Part shown: piece after piece, positions 9,514 to 19,986 of the stretch
Numbering within the stretch: position 1 is the first letter of the stretch
How the letters are laid out: each line of letters opens with the position of its first letter
Origin: Promethearchaeota archaeon
Lineage (GTDB): Archaea > Asgardarchaeota > Lokiarchaeia > Sigyniarchaeales > SOKP01
DNA: 64,000 bases
Reading direction: 5' to 3'
NCBI GenBank assembly: GCA_019057865.1
Contig: JAHLWP010000008.1
Coordinates: 32,001-96,000 of the forward strand
The notes under the pieces: model-generated
Database searches by the model: none
What the model saw: the letters and a program-made list of their open reading frames with translations, nothing else
Told to the model about the DNA's origin: nothing
Made by a program: the position numbers and the translations under genes

Positions 9514-12420
9514 TTATTTTTTTTCAATAATAACGTCATTATCAATTATTAATTCAATAATTGGAACGTTAGGAATGGATGTAGGAAGAGCCGATACATC
9601 AGTGTTCAATAGCTCTATGCTATATTGTACACCTTTTATTTTCCCTATTTCACTGAAGATCCAATCGAGATTTTTAGATAAATCTGGATAGCCTTGAATT
9701 TCAATTTCTACCAGATCCTCAGTAGGATTAACAGAAAATAAAAACGATTGATCATACAAATGATCCACTGGTTCACATGGAAAATGAGGCTCTATTTCGA
9801 AATTGAGCTCCAATTTTGTTATTATATTTTTAATTTTCTGAAATTTTTTAGGAAGCATCCGTAATAGTTCTGATTTAGAAAAAGTGATTTTGTCTCTTAC
9901 AAAAAATATTTCATACCAAAGTTCTGACAGATCACTGTATTCTTTAAACCACGTATTTTTTAACTCCTTTACTATATTTGGATCATTTAAATTTCTTAGA
10001 TCGCTATTTCTTGATTTAAATCGTCTCGTAACTTCCTCCTTATACATCCGCTCATCAATTATTTCGTCACATCTGAGGTGGAGGATATCTCTTATTGATA
10101 GAGTCTTTAGCATATCTTTCAAGGTTTTCGATCCTAGCATCTTTTTGAACTTTTCTTTGTCTTGGTCTACAGAATTGCCTAGATGACGTACATCAAGTAA
10201 GGCATTAAAATATGTTCTAATCTCTTTTTTCGTCGTTTCGTCCATGACTTCATATCTTTTAAGGAGCGTCAATGATAGATTATAAAAGATAAGTTCTTTT
10301 GTGACCTCTTTAACTATTTTAAACAATAACTGCTTTAAATCAGATGACCAGTAGACAAAATTACCTGCTTCGCTTCCAAGTATATAGTTGAGTATATAAA
10401 CATCACTGCTAATACTAACATCTCCACTAAATAAATCTTCCACTGGTCCCTTAAGATTTGGAGCTATGATAGCAGATGCCTCTTCTATGGATAAGAAACC
10501 AAAATCTTTAAACATAAATTCTTCTTTCCAAAAGGAATCCAAGTACCCATACTCAAGTAAAAAACGAAAAATTCGAAAATGATGAGGATTCCACCACTCA
10601 AATCCGACAGACAATTCCTTGACTATTGCTTTTGAATTTGGTATGATGATCTCAGATATATCTTTCTTAGACAAATAAGCTAAATAACCATGCTCTATTA
10701 AAATTAGAAACCTATAAGAATCCCACTGTTTAAATCCGTTAGCCAATTCTTTTTTGACTATCGTTATTAAATCTTTATCTTCGTACAAGTACATATGCTC
10801 CAGTAAAAAATCTACGCTTTTGAGAGGAATTTTTTGTAAGATATCTTGAGTTAGTATCGCTAATTTTTCGTCCTTATTCAAGAGGTTGAAATACCCACCA
10901 TTGCTAGAAAATAGAAAATTTAAGAATCCAGCAGATGAGTCTTCTTTAAGCATCTTTGATACTTCCTCTTTAATAATGATTAATAATTCTTCTCTGTCTG
11001 GTGCCGTTTTCAATTTCCTCAACTCTTTAAACACACTATCAAAATCGTAAAGGGAATTCAGATCTGTAAAGTAATATTTTTTATATAATCGAAAATTTCT
11101 TCGGATTAATTCTTTCATTACAGTCTTGAATTCAAACGGCAAACTTTTCAAAATTTTTTTCGACGCATTGTGTAAGATGTCTTGAGTTAACACAGTTGAT
11201 AACTCTTCTTTCTTTAGCAAGAAGAGATACTTTTCAAAGTTAATATCCATTTTTACAATTTTAGACAAATTCGGCGTTATAATCGCAGATAATTCTTCTA
11301 TTGATAAAAAATCTAAATAATTATACTTAATTAGAATGTCAATCTTCTTAGAATCCCCATGATCAAATATTTCAGTTATTTCCTCTTTGACCATCGTTTT
11401 TAACCATTCATTTAATGATTTACCAAGTAAATAACCGAGTATGGCGCGATCACTGACACGATCTCTGAACACATCTTTCAATAATTTTTTGAATTTCGGA
11501 GTTATAATCGCAGAGAGTCTTTCTTTAGAAATATATTCCAAGTATCCACGCCGATAAAAAAAATAAAGAGTTTCTAAGGATTCTTTTTCAAGTATTTTGG
11601 CTAAAGCTTCTTTGACCATCGTTTTCAAATCTTCATTTAATGATCTTTCAAGTAAATAGCTAATCAGTTGGAGATCTTGTTTCCTACCTCTTAACAAATC
11701 TTTTAATAATAAGTAGAAATTCGGAGGTATGATCTCAGATAGATCTTCTTTGGACAAAGATAAGGAATCCAAGTGTCCGTGATCAACTAAAAAACGAATC
11801 ATATCAAGATCTCCCCGTCCTAATCCTTCGGCTAATTCCTCTTTGAGTATTGATTTTAATTCTTCATTTAACGATCTCTCAAGTAAATAGTTGAGTAGTT
11901 GGTGATCTTCTTTAGAAACACTTCCTGTAAGGACGTGAATTAATTCTTTAAAATTCGGAGTTATAATTGCAGATAAATCTTCTTTAGACAAAGAATCCAA
12001 GTATTCGTGTTCAAATAAAAAACGAATCATCTCTACAGATCCATGTTCAAATCTTTTAGCGATTTCTTCTTTTAGTATCATACTACTAACGCATCCTTCT
12101 TCAACCAACTTCTTAAGCAGAGAAAAGGATAAATTACTGTGCAACATTCTAGTATTAAAGTTGTTTTCTACCCAGGCTTGTAAATTGGAACAATGGACGA
12201 AAAATCTGGTTTCTGGATCGATTACAATAGTCTTAGGGGATTCTTTAATATCATCGATTGATTCTAGCAGTAGTACATTTTCAATTTCATCAGTGTGAAC
12301 GGTAGTTAACACATGGGAACATTGGATAAAATGATGTCCATTTATGTAAATTGCGGTTTTATCATTCTCTGTAAGAACGACTTCTAAATAGTCCGTGATT
12401 GGGAAACGTTTTTTAATCAT
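9514..12420 (-). CDS. Lokiarchaeal HCSNLQAW-domain protein with helical tandem repeats
   Basis: N-terminal KTAIYING..FIQC...FVHCSNLQAWVENNFNTRMLHSNLSFSLLKKL followed by repeats xKEExA.......IRFL.E.GYLD.LSKE.LS.II.PN. Confidence 0.75.
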   Translation of the reverse strand: MIKKRFPITDYLEVVLTENDKTAIYINGHHFIQCSHVLTTVHTDEIENVLLLESIDDIKESPKTIVIDPETRFFVHCSNLQAWVENNFNTRMLHSNLSFSLLKKLVEEGCVSSMILKEEIAKRFEHGSVEMIRFLFEHEYLDSLSKEDLSAIITPNFKELIHVLTGSVSKEDHQLLNYLLERSLNEELKSILKEELAEGLGRGDLDMIRFLVDHGHLDSLSLSKEDLSEIIPPNFYLLLKDLLRGRKQDLQLISYLLERSLNEDLKTMVKEALAKILEKESLETLYFFYRRGYLEYISKERLSAIITPKFKKLLKDVFRDRVSDRAILGYLLGKSLNEWLKTMVKEEITEIFDHGDSKKIDILIKYNYLDFLSIEELSAIITPNLSKIVKMDINFEKYLFLLKKEELSTVLTQDILHNASKKILKSLPFEFKTVMKELIRRNFRLYKKYYFTDLNSLYDFDSVFKELRKLKTAPDREELLIIIKEEVSKMLKEDSSAGFLNFLFSSNGGYFNLLNKDEKLAILTQDILQKIPLKSVDFLLEHMYLYEDKDLITIVKKELANGFKQWDSYRFLILIEHGYLAYLSKKDISEIIIPNSKAIVKELSVGFEWWNPHHFRIFRFLLEYGYLDSFWKEEFMFKDFGFLSIEEASAIIAPNLKGPVEDLFSGDVSISSDVYILNYILGSEAGNFVYWSSDLKQLLFKIVKEVTKELIFYNLSLTLLKRYEVMDETTKKEIRTYFNALLDVRHLGNSVDQDKEKFKKMLGSKTLKDMLKTLSIRDILHLRCDEIIDERMYKEEVTRRFKSRNSDLRNLNDPNIVKELKNTWFKEYSDLSELWYEIFFVRDKITFSKSELLRMLPKKFQKIKNIITKLELNFEIEPHFPCEPVDHLYDQSFLFSVNPTEDLVEIEIQGYPDLSKNLDWIFSEIGKIKGVQYSIELLNTDVSALPTSIPNVPIIELIIDNDVIIEKK

Positions 12421-12598
12421 ATTTAGACTCTACTCTATAAACAGAACTACAGTATTTAAAATTATGCGCTAATTTACAATAGAAAAAGCAAGGCGACAGT
12501 TAGTTAAGGCGCTCGCCGCAAGTGTTGCAATATATATCATTTTTTTCCACTACACTTTTACACGTTTTACAATATATCTTTTTTTCAATATAAGTTTT

Positions 12599-14359
12599 TT
12601 AAGCAAGATCTTTTTTCTCTTCTTCGATGTTAACTTCATGTTCAATTTCAAACTTTTTACGCGCATCTACATCTTTCTTAACAATAAGGTCCCTACGAGA
12701 TTCTGCATATTTATTAGGTTTTAATTTTCTCACTGGCATTCCAAAATACACCCATCCTGGTTCTAAAACTTGATCATATACAGTAAATGACATAGCACCA
12801 ACAAAAGTCTCATTGCCTACAATTGTACCTGGAGCGATTGTGGTCTGTCCGCCAATAAGAACGTAATCACCAAATATTACCTTCTTGATAATCAAATATT
12901 TGCCAACAACCATGGAAGACATGATAGTTGCCGCTTGCCCGATTAAATTTCTGCGCCCGAATTGAATAAACTCTCCATCACACCATGAATCATACAGACC
13001 ACTCGAAAAATCCATCTTTACTCCAAAAAGCTTGAAAGCTAGTACATCAGTCCATGGAAATGGCCAATTTCGTACGAGCCAAAGGGAAATTTTTTTTAGC
13101 TCAGTTCTTAACATCCAGAATTCAAAATCTGTATCGCCAATTTCAGCCTTGAAAACACCTTCTTTGGGACGATGAAATAAATTTATAAGAATCAAAAAAA
13201 GCTTGCTAAAAAAGAAACATCCAAGTATAAAAGTTAGATGCATTATTATCAACATCGCAGGCAAAAATAAGAGCATTAAATACAAGTTTGCAACGAAATA
13301 AGTGTACATATAGAAAAGCATTGAAACTAAAAATCCACTACAAAAAAATATTGGGATATATACTGCTAAAAATTTTATATTAACTCTACTGATTGCACTA
13401 CTCGTTGTGAAATTAAGCGATAAATCTTTAATATCATCCTCCTCATTCTGGTTTTGTGACTCAAGCGGTGGAGTATCAGTTGAATCTTCAACGTCCTCTA
13501 ATTGTTTTAGGCTTTCGGGATCTATTTTTAAATAGTTCTTGATTCTTCTTTTAAATATTTTCCGGAGGGGTAGTGCCCCTTGCGAAAAATAATAACCATT
13601 TCCTTTTATCACACTATGTTTTGTGGCTGAAGCTAAAGGAAGTAAATAAGAGTTATCATATATTTCCGATCCTGAAGCAATTAGGTTCATCGCTGCTGCT
13701 GTAACATTATCTCCTACTTTAATTTTAAAGTATGAGATATTACCGAATATTCCATCGACCAGATGGGTCGCTAAAGCTGAATTCACGCCGATATAGCAGT
13801 TTTCGCCAATCTCGAGAAACTTATCATTAACTACAGATTCTTCTAATATCGTTCCTTTCCCAATTTTGCTTGATTTTACAAAATTATAAAGCCAAGGCAC
13901 TAGCCATGGAAAAAACCCTTTCGTGAAAGTATTTTTGGGATATTTCAGCAGAAAAGATCTTATATGATAATAGTTTAATGTCTTACTTGGGAGATTTCGA
14001 GGTATTATTCCTGATTTCGAAGGAGATCTTTTCTCTGTTAATCCCCAGAACCAGCGAGCAATTAAAGCAATTAAAAATAAGTGAATTAAGTAGCATCCGA
14101 TAATGACTAATGGCATAGATATTAATGCCAAAAGGGGTTTAAAATTGATAAAAAGTGAAAGAAAATTTGTTGTTTCTAAAAAGTAAGGTAAAAAATAAAA
14201 CAATACATATGTCATGAAGATTATTACTGGGACCAAATAAGATATTAAATAAATAGTAAAAAAAATAATTAAATACCAGAAATATTGAAACTGGACATCT
14301 TCTTTTATTATATTTTTGATTGAAAGACTTGGACTTACTTTTTCTTTTATTTTAGGCAT
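12599..14359 (-). CDS. Second fused A+B (TM + LbH) paralog
   Basis: Collinear with 7024..8910; near-identical DNA blocks (13771-13840 vs 8304-8373). Confidence 0.8.
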   Translation of the reverse strand: MPKIKEKVSPSLSIKNIIKEDVQFQYFWYLIIFFTIYLISYLVPVIIFMTYVLFYFLPYFLETTNFLSLFINFKPLLALISMPLVIIGCYLIHLFLIALIARWFWGLTEKRSPSKSGIIPRNLPSKTLNYYHIRSFLLKYPKNTFTKGFFPWLVPWLYNFVKSSKIGKGTILEESVVNDKFLEIGENCYIGVNSALATHLVDGIFGNISYFKIKVGDNVTAAAMNLIASGSEIYDNSYLLPLASATKHSVIKGNGYYFSQGALPLRKIFKRRIKNYLKIDPESLKQLEDVEDSTDTPPLESQNQNEEDDIKDLSLNFTTSSAISRVNIKFLAVYIPIFFCSGFLVSMLFYMYTYFVANLYLMLLFLPAMLIIMHLTFILGCFFFSKLFLILINLFHRPKEGVFKAEIGDTDFEFWMLRTELKKISLWLVRNWPFPWTDVLAFKLFGVKMDFSSGLYDSWCDGEFIQFGRRNLIGQAATIMSSMVVGKYLIIKKVIFGDYVLIGGQTTIAPGTIVGNETFVGAMSFTVYDQVLEPGWVYFGMPVRKLKPNKYAESRRDLIVKKDVDARKKFEIEHEVNIEEEKKDLA

Positions 14360-14583
14360 ATAATAAATTTTATATTAATAATTTTCAGATATATTTACTA
14401 GTTAAGTATTTTTTTCTAAAAAACTCTGATAATAATTAATAATATTTGTTATATTAAGTTGAATCTTTAGAATTTTTAAATAAAATGGACTCCAATACCC
14501 TTTGGATACAGATACTTTAGATAGATATTATTGATTACTTTCAGAAATAAAAAATAAAGAAAAAAATAAAGAAAAAAATAAAA

Positions 14584-14838
14584 TTAAGATTTATTTCTCT
14601 TTCTTATTAAGATGAAAGCTATGACACCCACCACCTCCAAAAGTATGTACACATCATAACCAGGAATTTCAGGTGATGGTTGCTTAACCACATCCTTTAT
14701 CATGATATTTTCCGCAGAAGTCTCAAACCCTAATGAATTGTTCACATAAAATTTGAGAGTAACAGCTCCATTTTCTCGCTTATTCCATTCCGTCTGGCTA
14801 ATTTGTCCTGTGGGTCCGGTGAAAGTAATATTTATCAA
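14584..14838 (-). pseudogene. C-terminal remnant of a surface protein with IPGY-TM-basic sorting tail
   Basis: GAVTLKFYVNNSLG Ig-like repeat end, then EIPGY, TM helix, RKRNKS; no signal peptide; TTG start. Confidence 0.55.
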
Positions 14839-14923
14839 TATCTTTATAAAAAAAGCTATCCTATATAGTTTGAAATCTACAATTTAGTAATATTTCAATA
14901 TTCATTGTAGAGGATGAGAAATC

Positions 14924-16495
14924 TTGAAGAAAAAAAATTTTAAAATCTTAATATTAATAATAGTTGTAATTTCAACAGTATTTTTTATAAATAGATCTTT
15001 TGCAACTAAAAATCAAACTATTGGAGAATCAAGTGTAACTAACATTGAGATACCTCAATTATCATTTGAGACTTTATGGACACCTAATGGTATGGCCATA
15101 TGTACAGCGGAAGATAATCAAAATTTCCCTCAAATATGTAGTGATGGGGCAGGGGGAGCAATCATTACTTGGGTAGATGATAGAAGCTCGGAATTAGATA
15201 TTTACGCTCAGAGGGTTGATTCAGATGGAAATATTCAATGGACACCTAACGGAACAGCCATCTGTACCGCAGACAATGACCAAGAGGATCCTCAAATATG
15301 TAGTGATGGGGCAGGGGGAGCAATCATTACATGGGATGATCAGAGAAGCTTATCTGATGGAATTTATGCTCAGAGGGTTGATTCAACTGGTAATATTCAA
15401 TGGACGCTTAACGGAACAGCAATTTGTACAGCACCTGAGTTCCAATCTGGACCTCAGATATGCAGTGATGGGGCAGGGGGAGCAATTATAACATGGTTGG
15501 ATACTAGAGGAGGTAGTGATAATATCTACACACAAAAAGTTAATGCAACTGGAGATGTGCAATGGGTCATCAATGGTATAGCTATATATATAGAAGGTTT
15601 TATCCAATTAGCCCCTCAAATATGCAGTGACGGAGCAGGAGGGGCGATTATTGCATGGGATGATCTTAGAAGCGAATTAGATGAAGATATTTACGCCCAA
15701 ATGGTTGATTCAGATGGAGTTGTGCAATGGGCAAGTAATGGTACAGCTATATGTACGGCAAATAATGAACAACTGTATTATCAAATATCTGCTGATGGAG
15801 CAGGGGGGGCAATCATAACATGGTCAGACTATAGAATTAATCCGTCAGGTGATATTTACGCCCAGAAAGTAGACTCGTCCGGGAATGTACAATGGACTAC
15901 CGATGGAATAGCTATATGCACGAATATTGACGGATTCCCCCTAAAATTTGTCCCCCAAATCTGTAGTGATGGAGGAGGAGGAGCGATTATCTCATGGAAC
16001 GGTTATGGCATGGGTATGGATATCTATGCTCAGAGAGTTGATTCAACTGGAAATGTACAATGGACTGTCAATGGCATAGCTATATGTACAGCAGATGGAA
16101 GGCAAGTTGATCATCAAATTTGTAGTGACGAAAATGGGGGTGCAATCATTACTTGGACAGATGGTAGATACTCAATTAGGGATATTTACGCTCAGAAAGT
16201 TAGTGCTAATGGAAATACACAATGGACGTCTAATGGGAAACCAATATGCACGGAAAGCAATACCCAAGCATACCCGCAAATTTGCAGCGACGGAACAGGT
16301 GACGCAATCATCACCTGGGAAGATCTTAGAAGTGGTGCAGACTACGACATTTACGCTCAGTGTATAAAAGATGTTCCATCGAAAGGAGGAGGAGCAATTC
16401 CATTTGGAAATTACTACCTCCTTTTTACTTTGATTAGTATACTTTCTCTAGTAATTCTTGAAAAATGCCGAAATATCCGCAAATTCAAATCCTAA
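14924..16495 (+). CDS. Secreted/surface beta-propeller-like repeat protein with C-terminal membrane anchor
   Basis: Signal peptide; about 8 repeats of roughly 56 aa, WT.NG.AICTA...Q..PQICSDGAGGAIITW.D.R...DIYAQ.VDS.G..Q; IPFGNYY-TM-basic tail. Confidence 0.85.
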   Translation: MKKKNFKILILIIVVISTVFFINRSFATKNQTIGESSVTNIEIPQLSFETLWTPNGMAICTAEDNQNFPQICSDGAGGAIITWVDDRSSELDIYAQRVDSDGNIQWTPNGTAICTADNDQEDPQICSDGAGGAIITWDDQRSLSDGIYAQRVDSTGNIQWTLNGTAICTAPEFQSGPQICSDGAGGAIITWLDTRGGSDNIYTQKVNATGDVQWVINGIAIYIEGFIQLAPQICSDGAGGAIIAWDDLRSELDEDIYAQMVDSDGVVQWASNGTAICTANNEQLYYQISADGAGGAIITWSDYRINPSGDIYAQKVDSSGNVQWTTDGIAICTNIDGFPLKFVPQICSDGGGGAIISWNGYGMGMDIYAQRVDSTGNVQWTVNGIAICTADGRQVDHQICSDENGGAIITWTDGRYSIRDIYAQKVSANGNTQWTSNGKPICTESNTQAYPQICSDGTGDAIITWEDLRSGADYDIYAQCIKDVPSKGGGAIPFGNYYLLFTLISILSLVILEKCRNIRKFKS

Positions 16496-16738
16496 ATTAA
16501 ACCATATCCTAAATTAAACCAATAATAAGCTTAAATTTTTTTTTCTTTCTTTCAATATATTTTTACATTAAAATACAGAGATTTAGTTTTTAATTATGAG
16601 AAAGGGTAATAGTAAGGCCATCCACCTTTATGAATCGCATAAAAGAATAATAATTATAATTTTTAATAGGAATATAGTTAAGCAACATTTATTTCTTATT
16701 TATTTAAATTATAAATAAAATAACTAAGTGAACTCAAA

Positions 16739-17212
16739 TTGAAAGATAAATTTAATTTAATAGGAAAAAAAATCAAGGAATTTTCACTATCAAATTCTAG
16801 AGGGGAAACTAGAGATATCCGTGAATTTGAAGGTGAAAAAAACGTAGTAATTGTACTATTCAGGAGTAAAAGTTGACCTTATTCTAAAGCTCATTCAGAA
16901 AAATTAGGAAATGACTATGAAAAATTCATAGAACTAAATACAGAATTGTATGCAATCTTACCAGATGATTTCAAAAATGCTAAAAATTTTGAATCGAATT
17001 TTGCGAAAAAGTATCCTATATTTTATGATCATAAAAAAAAGGTAAATAAAATGTTAAAACAAGAAGTAAAGCCATTAAAATTAGGGAGAATGCCAGCGCT
17101 TCTTATCATAGATAAACAAGGGATTATAAGATATGCATATTATAGTGATTCTATGGATGATATCCCTGAGAATGAGGATTTATTTGAGGTACTTGAGAAC
17201 TTGAATAACTAA
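16739..17212 (+). CDS. Peroxiredoxin-like (AhpC/TSA) selenoprotein, UxxS motif, 157 aa
   Basis: TTG 16739 in frame with ORF 16946..17212; IGKKIKEFSL...VVIVLFRSKS-TGA(16874-16876)-PYS; C-terminal PALLIIDKQGIIRYAY; the protein has no Cys. Confidence 0.8.
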
Positions 17213-17403
17213 AACGATTTGGTATGAATAAAATAGAATAAATTTTTGAATTTTATGCATAAAAGTTAGCCACACTTTACCAAATCAAAAATTGTTGCCA
17301 TATTACCACCTTAAGTAATAATTTGAATAATGGTAGAATGGATTAAGAAAATAATATTAATAAATATTACAGAACCATTTATCAAAACTATTTATTTCAG
17401 AAT

Positions 17404-18189
17404 TTAACTTAAGTAATAATCCTTTCTTCTGTCATAAATGATATCATTGAATTCATTCAGTTTCTTATCTCTAACTTTTTCTATATCAATTTCTACCAAA
17501 TCTATAGATGCTTTATCTGAGGGGGCTGATGATAAAACTTTTCCATCATATGAAGTAATCTGACTCTCCCCTGTGAATTTAAAATTATCCTCGCCCCTTG
17601 TCTCTCGTCCAATTCTGTTAGCTGTCACAGCATAAACTCGATTTTCTAAACATCGCGTAATTATTGCTTTTTGACAATAAGGAAGTACAAGATTTGCTGG
17701 ATGAGCGATAATATCGGCCCCAAGAAGAGTTAGAGTTCGAGCAGTTTCAGGAAAGAACCAATCAAAGCATATCATTATTCCTATTTTGATTCCATTGATT
17801 TCATATATTTTTAATGGTTTGTCACCAGGAACAAACCATAATTTTTCCTTGTAATACAAGTGAAGTTTTCTATACACTCCTAACAATTCTGAACCAGATA
17901 TTATCATAGCAGAATTAAATATTTTATCTTTATCTTTTTCTATAAACCCTCCAACTATAGTAGCCGAAGCCTTTTTAGATAAATCCTTTAAAAATTGAGC
18001 AGTTTGTCCATCTAATCCTTCTGATAATGATTCAGCTTCCTTTTTTGAAATAAATGTGTAACCTGTAGCAAATAATTCGGGTAAAACAATTAAATCTGCT
18101 CTCAATTTGGCTGTTAATTTTTCAATTTCCTTAAAATTTCGCTTTTTATCTCCAAAGAATGGTGATGTTTGAATATATCCAACTTTCAT
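17404..18189 (-). CDS. Nitrilase-superfamily carbon-nitrogen hydrolase
   Basis: E-K-C triad motifs LPELF, YRKLHL, ICFDWFFPE. Confidence 0.9.
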   Translation of the reverse strand: MKVGYIQTSPFFGDKKRNFKEIEKLTAKLRADLIVLPELFATGYTFISKKEAESLSEGLDGQTAQFLKDLSKKASATIVGGFIEKDKDKIFNSAMIISGSELLGVYRKLHLYYKEKLWFVPGDKPLKIYEINGIKIGIMICFDWFFPETARTLTLLGADIIAHPANLVLPYCQKAIITRCLENRVYAVTANRIGRETRGEDNFKFTGESQITSYDGKVLSSAPSDKASIDLVEIDIEKVRDKKLNEFNDIIYDRRKDYYLS

Positions 18190-18239
18190 TTTACATCAAA
18201 TATAATTTTATTTTAATAGAATAAGAAAATAAGGTTATT

Positions 18240-19091
18240 TTAATCAATTTCAGTTTCTTTATCCCTTCGCATTGTGTATAAATCCTCATATTTTGCAAGC
18301 GTTTTTAAATCCTCTTCTCCTTTCCTATCAATTATGTCTTCTAAATTATCTTCAAAATATACATTTTTCTTGTATTTCTTTGCTGGTGCTCCTAAGTAAA
18401 TATAATTTTCTTCTAATTCTTGACCAACAGTGGTCATTGAGTTACCTCCTAATATAGAATTCTTTTTCATATGCGTTCCAGGCATAACAATACTATGGGC
18501 ACCAATGACTGCGTTATTCTCAATAATCGTTTTCCTTATGATAAATAAATTTCCAACTATGATTGCTGATTGGACAATTGCGCTCTGTCCACAGACTATG
18601 TTTTTACCAAATTCTATAAATTCTGTATCTACCCACCCCTCAAAAAGAGAATTAGAATATTTAGTTTTAACACCAAACATTTTTAAACAGATATTATCCA
18701 TAAAAGGAAGGGGAAATTTATGAGATATCCAAAATGGCCATTTTTTTATAGTACTTCTTAAACTCCAATATCTATAATCTTTATCAGAAGGGTGCCTAAG
18801 AAAAACCCCCTCGCGCGGTTTATGAATAAGATTAACGATAACAAGAAAGATTTTTGCAAAAATTAAAGATACCATTATGGATGTTAAGTACATAACAAAT
18901 ATTAGAAGAGGTAAGAAAAATAAAAAATGAATAAATTTCCAGTCATATAGAAGATTCCAATACCACCAAAATTCAAACTGAATTGAAAAAATACTAATCC
19001 AAATTAAAAAAATATAGAAAGCTAAATATCTCTTTTTTACTAAGACTAACGTAGTATTTGGTCCAACTTTTAAACTCGATGGCACTGACAT
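18240..19091 (-). CDS. TM + LbH module C (split operon)
   Basis: MSVP start at 19091 behind AAGGAGG; paralog of 6078..7019. Confidence 0.8.
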   Translation of the reverse strand: MSVPSSLKVGPNTTLVLVKKRYLAFYIFLIWISIFSIQFEFWWYWNLLYDWKFIHFLFFLPLLIFVMYLTSIMVSLIFAKIFLVIVNLIHKPREGVFLRHPSDKDYRYWSLRSTIKKWPFWISHKFPLPFMDNICLKMFGVKTKYSNSLFEGWVDTEFIEFGKNIVCGQSAIVQSAIIVGNLFIIRKTIIENNAVIGAHSIVMPGTHMKKNSILGGNSMTTVGQELEENYIYLGAPAKKYKKNVYFEDNLEDIIDRKGEEDLKTLAKYEDLYTMRRDKETEID

Positions 19092-19095
19092 ATTT

Positions 19096-19986
19096 TCAAT
19101 CCTCCTTATTATCATTTATTAGCTTTTTCTGCTCCTCATCAATATTAACTTCTTGTTTAACTTCATATTTTACTTCTTCATCTACATGTTTCCTATAAAT
19201 GATATCCCGTCTTTGTTCTGCGTACTTATTAGGTTTTAATTTTCTTGAAAATTGTGGGCCTAAGTAAATCCAAGCCTGCTCTATAATTTGATTTGGAATT
19301 GTTGTAGAAAAAGCAGCAAGGATTGATTCTTTACCCATAATAGTACCAGGAGAAACATTTGATACACCACCGACAACTATATGATCTCCAAGGATGATCT
19401 TTTTAATTATCAAATAGTTTCCTACGATACTAGAGCTCATTATCACACTTCCTTGCCCTACCGTAATGTTTCGACCAAATTCTATAAACTCTCCATCCAC
19501 CCAAGCATCTTGTAAGTGGCTAGAAAAATCAATTCTTACTCCTAACCACCGGAAACCCCACATTACTACCCATGGGAGTGGACCGTTACTCATAAACCAA
19601 AGTACTAGTTTTTTAAGTTCTATACGTAATCTCCAAAATTCATAATCTTGATTACCTTCTTCTGCTCGAAATACACCCTCTTTAGGTTTATGAACCATAT
19701 TTATGATAAGAAGGAATGCCTTTGTAAATATAGCAATTCCAAATATAAAAATGAAATATAAAATGAATGACCATACGGGAAGTAAGAACATATTTATATA
19801 CCATGGGATATATTGTGATGCGTCGAAGAAAACCGCAACCGCCATGTACCCTGAAATCCACATGATTGGGATATATAAAGCAAGAAATTTATAACCAATT
19901 TTGCTAATTACACTACTTGTTACAAAATCAATTGTATAATCTATTTTATTAGCATTAATTTTTTGCTCTTCTATATTCTCACTCAT
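19096..19986 (-). CDS. TM + LbH module B (split operon)
   Basis: DFVTSS.IS, HKPKEGVF, WVDGEFIEFGR; matches the C-halves of the fused paralogs. Confidence 0.8.
   Translation of the reverse strand: MSENIEEQKINANKIDYTIDFVTSSVISKIGYKFLALYIPIMWISGYMAVAVFFDASQYIPWYINMFLLPVWSFILYFIFIFGIAIFTKAFLLIINMVHKPKEGVFRAEEGNQDYEFWRLRIELKKLVLWFMSNGPLPWVVMWGFRWLGVRIDFSSHLQDAWVDGEFIEFGRNITVGQGSVIMSSSIVGNYLIIKKIILGDHIVVGGVSNVSPGTIMGKESILAAFSTTIPNQIIEQAWIYLGPQFSRKLKPNKYAEQRRDIIYRKHVDEEVKYEVKQEVNIDEEQKKLINDNKED

Noticed and set aside
12490-12530. Small GC-rich patch with GGCGA...TCGCC stem upstream of the repeat-protein gene
   Set aside because: Only a 5-bp stem, no tRNA or riboswitch features, no second copy seen
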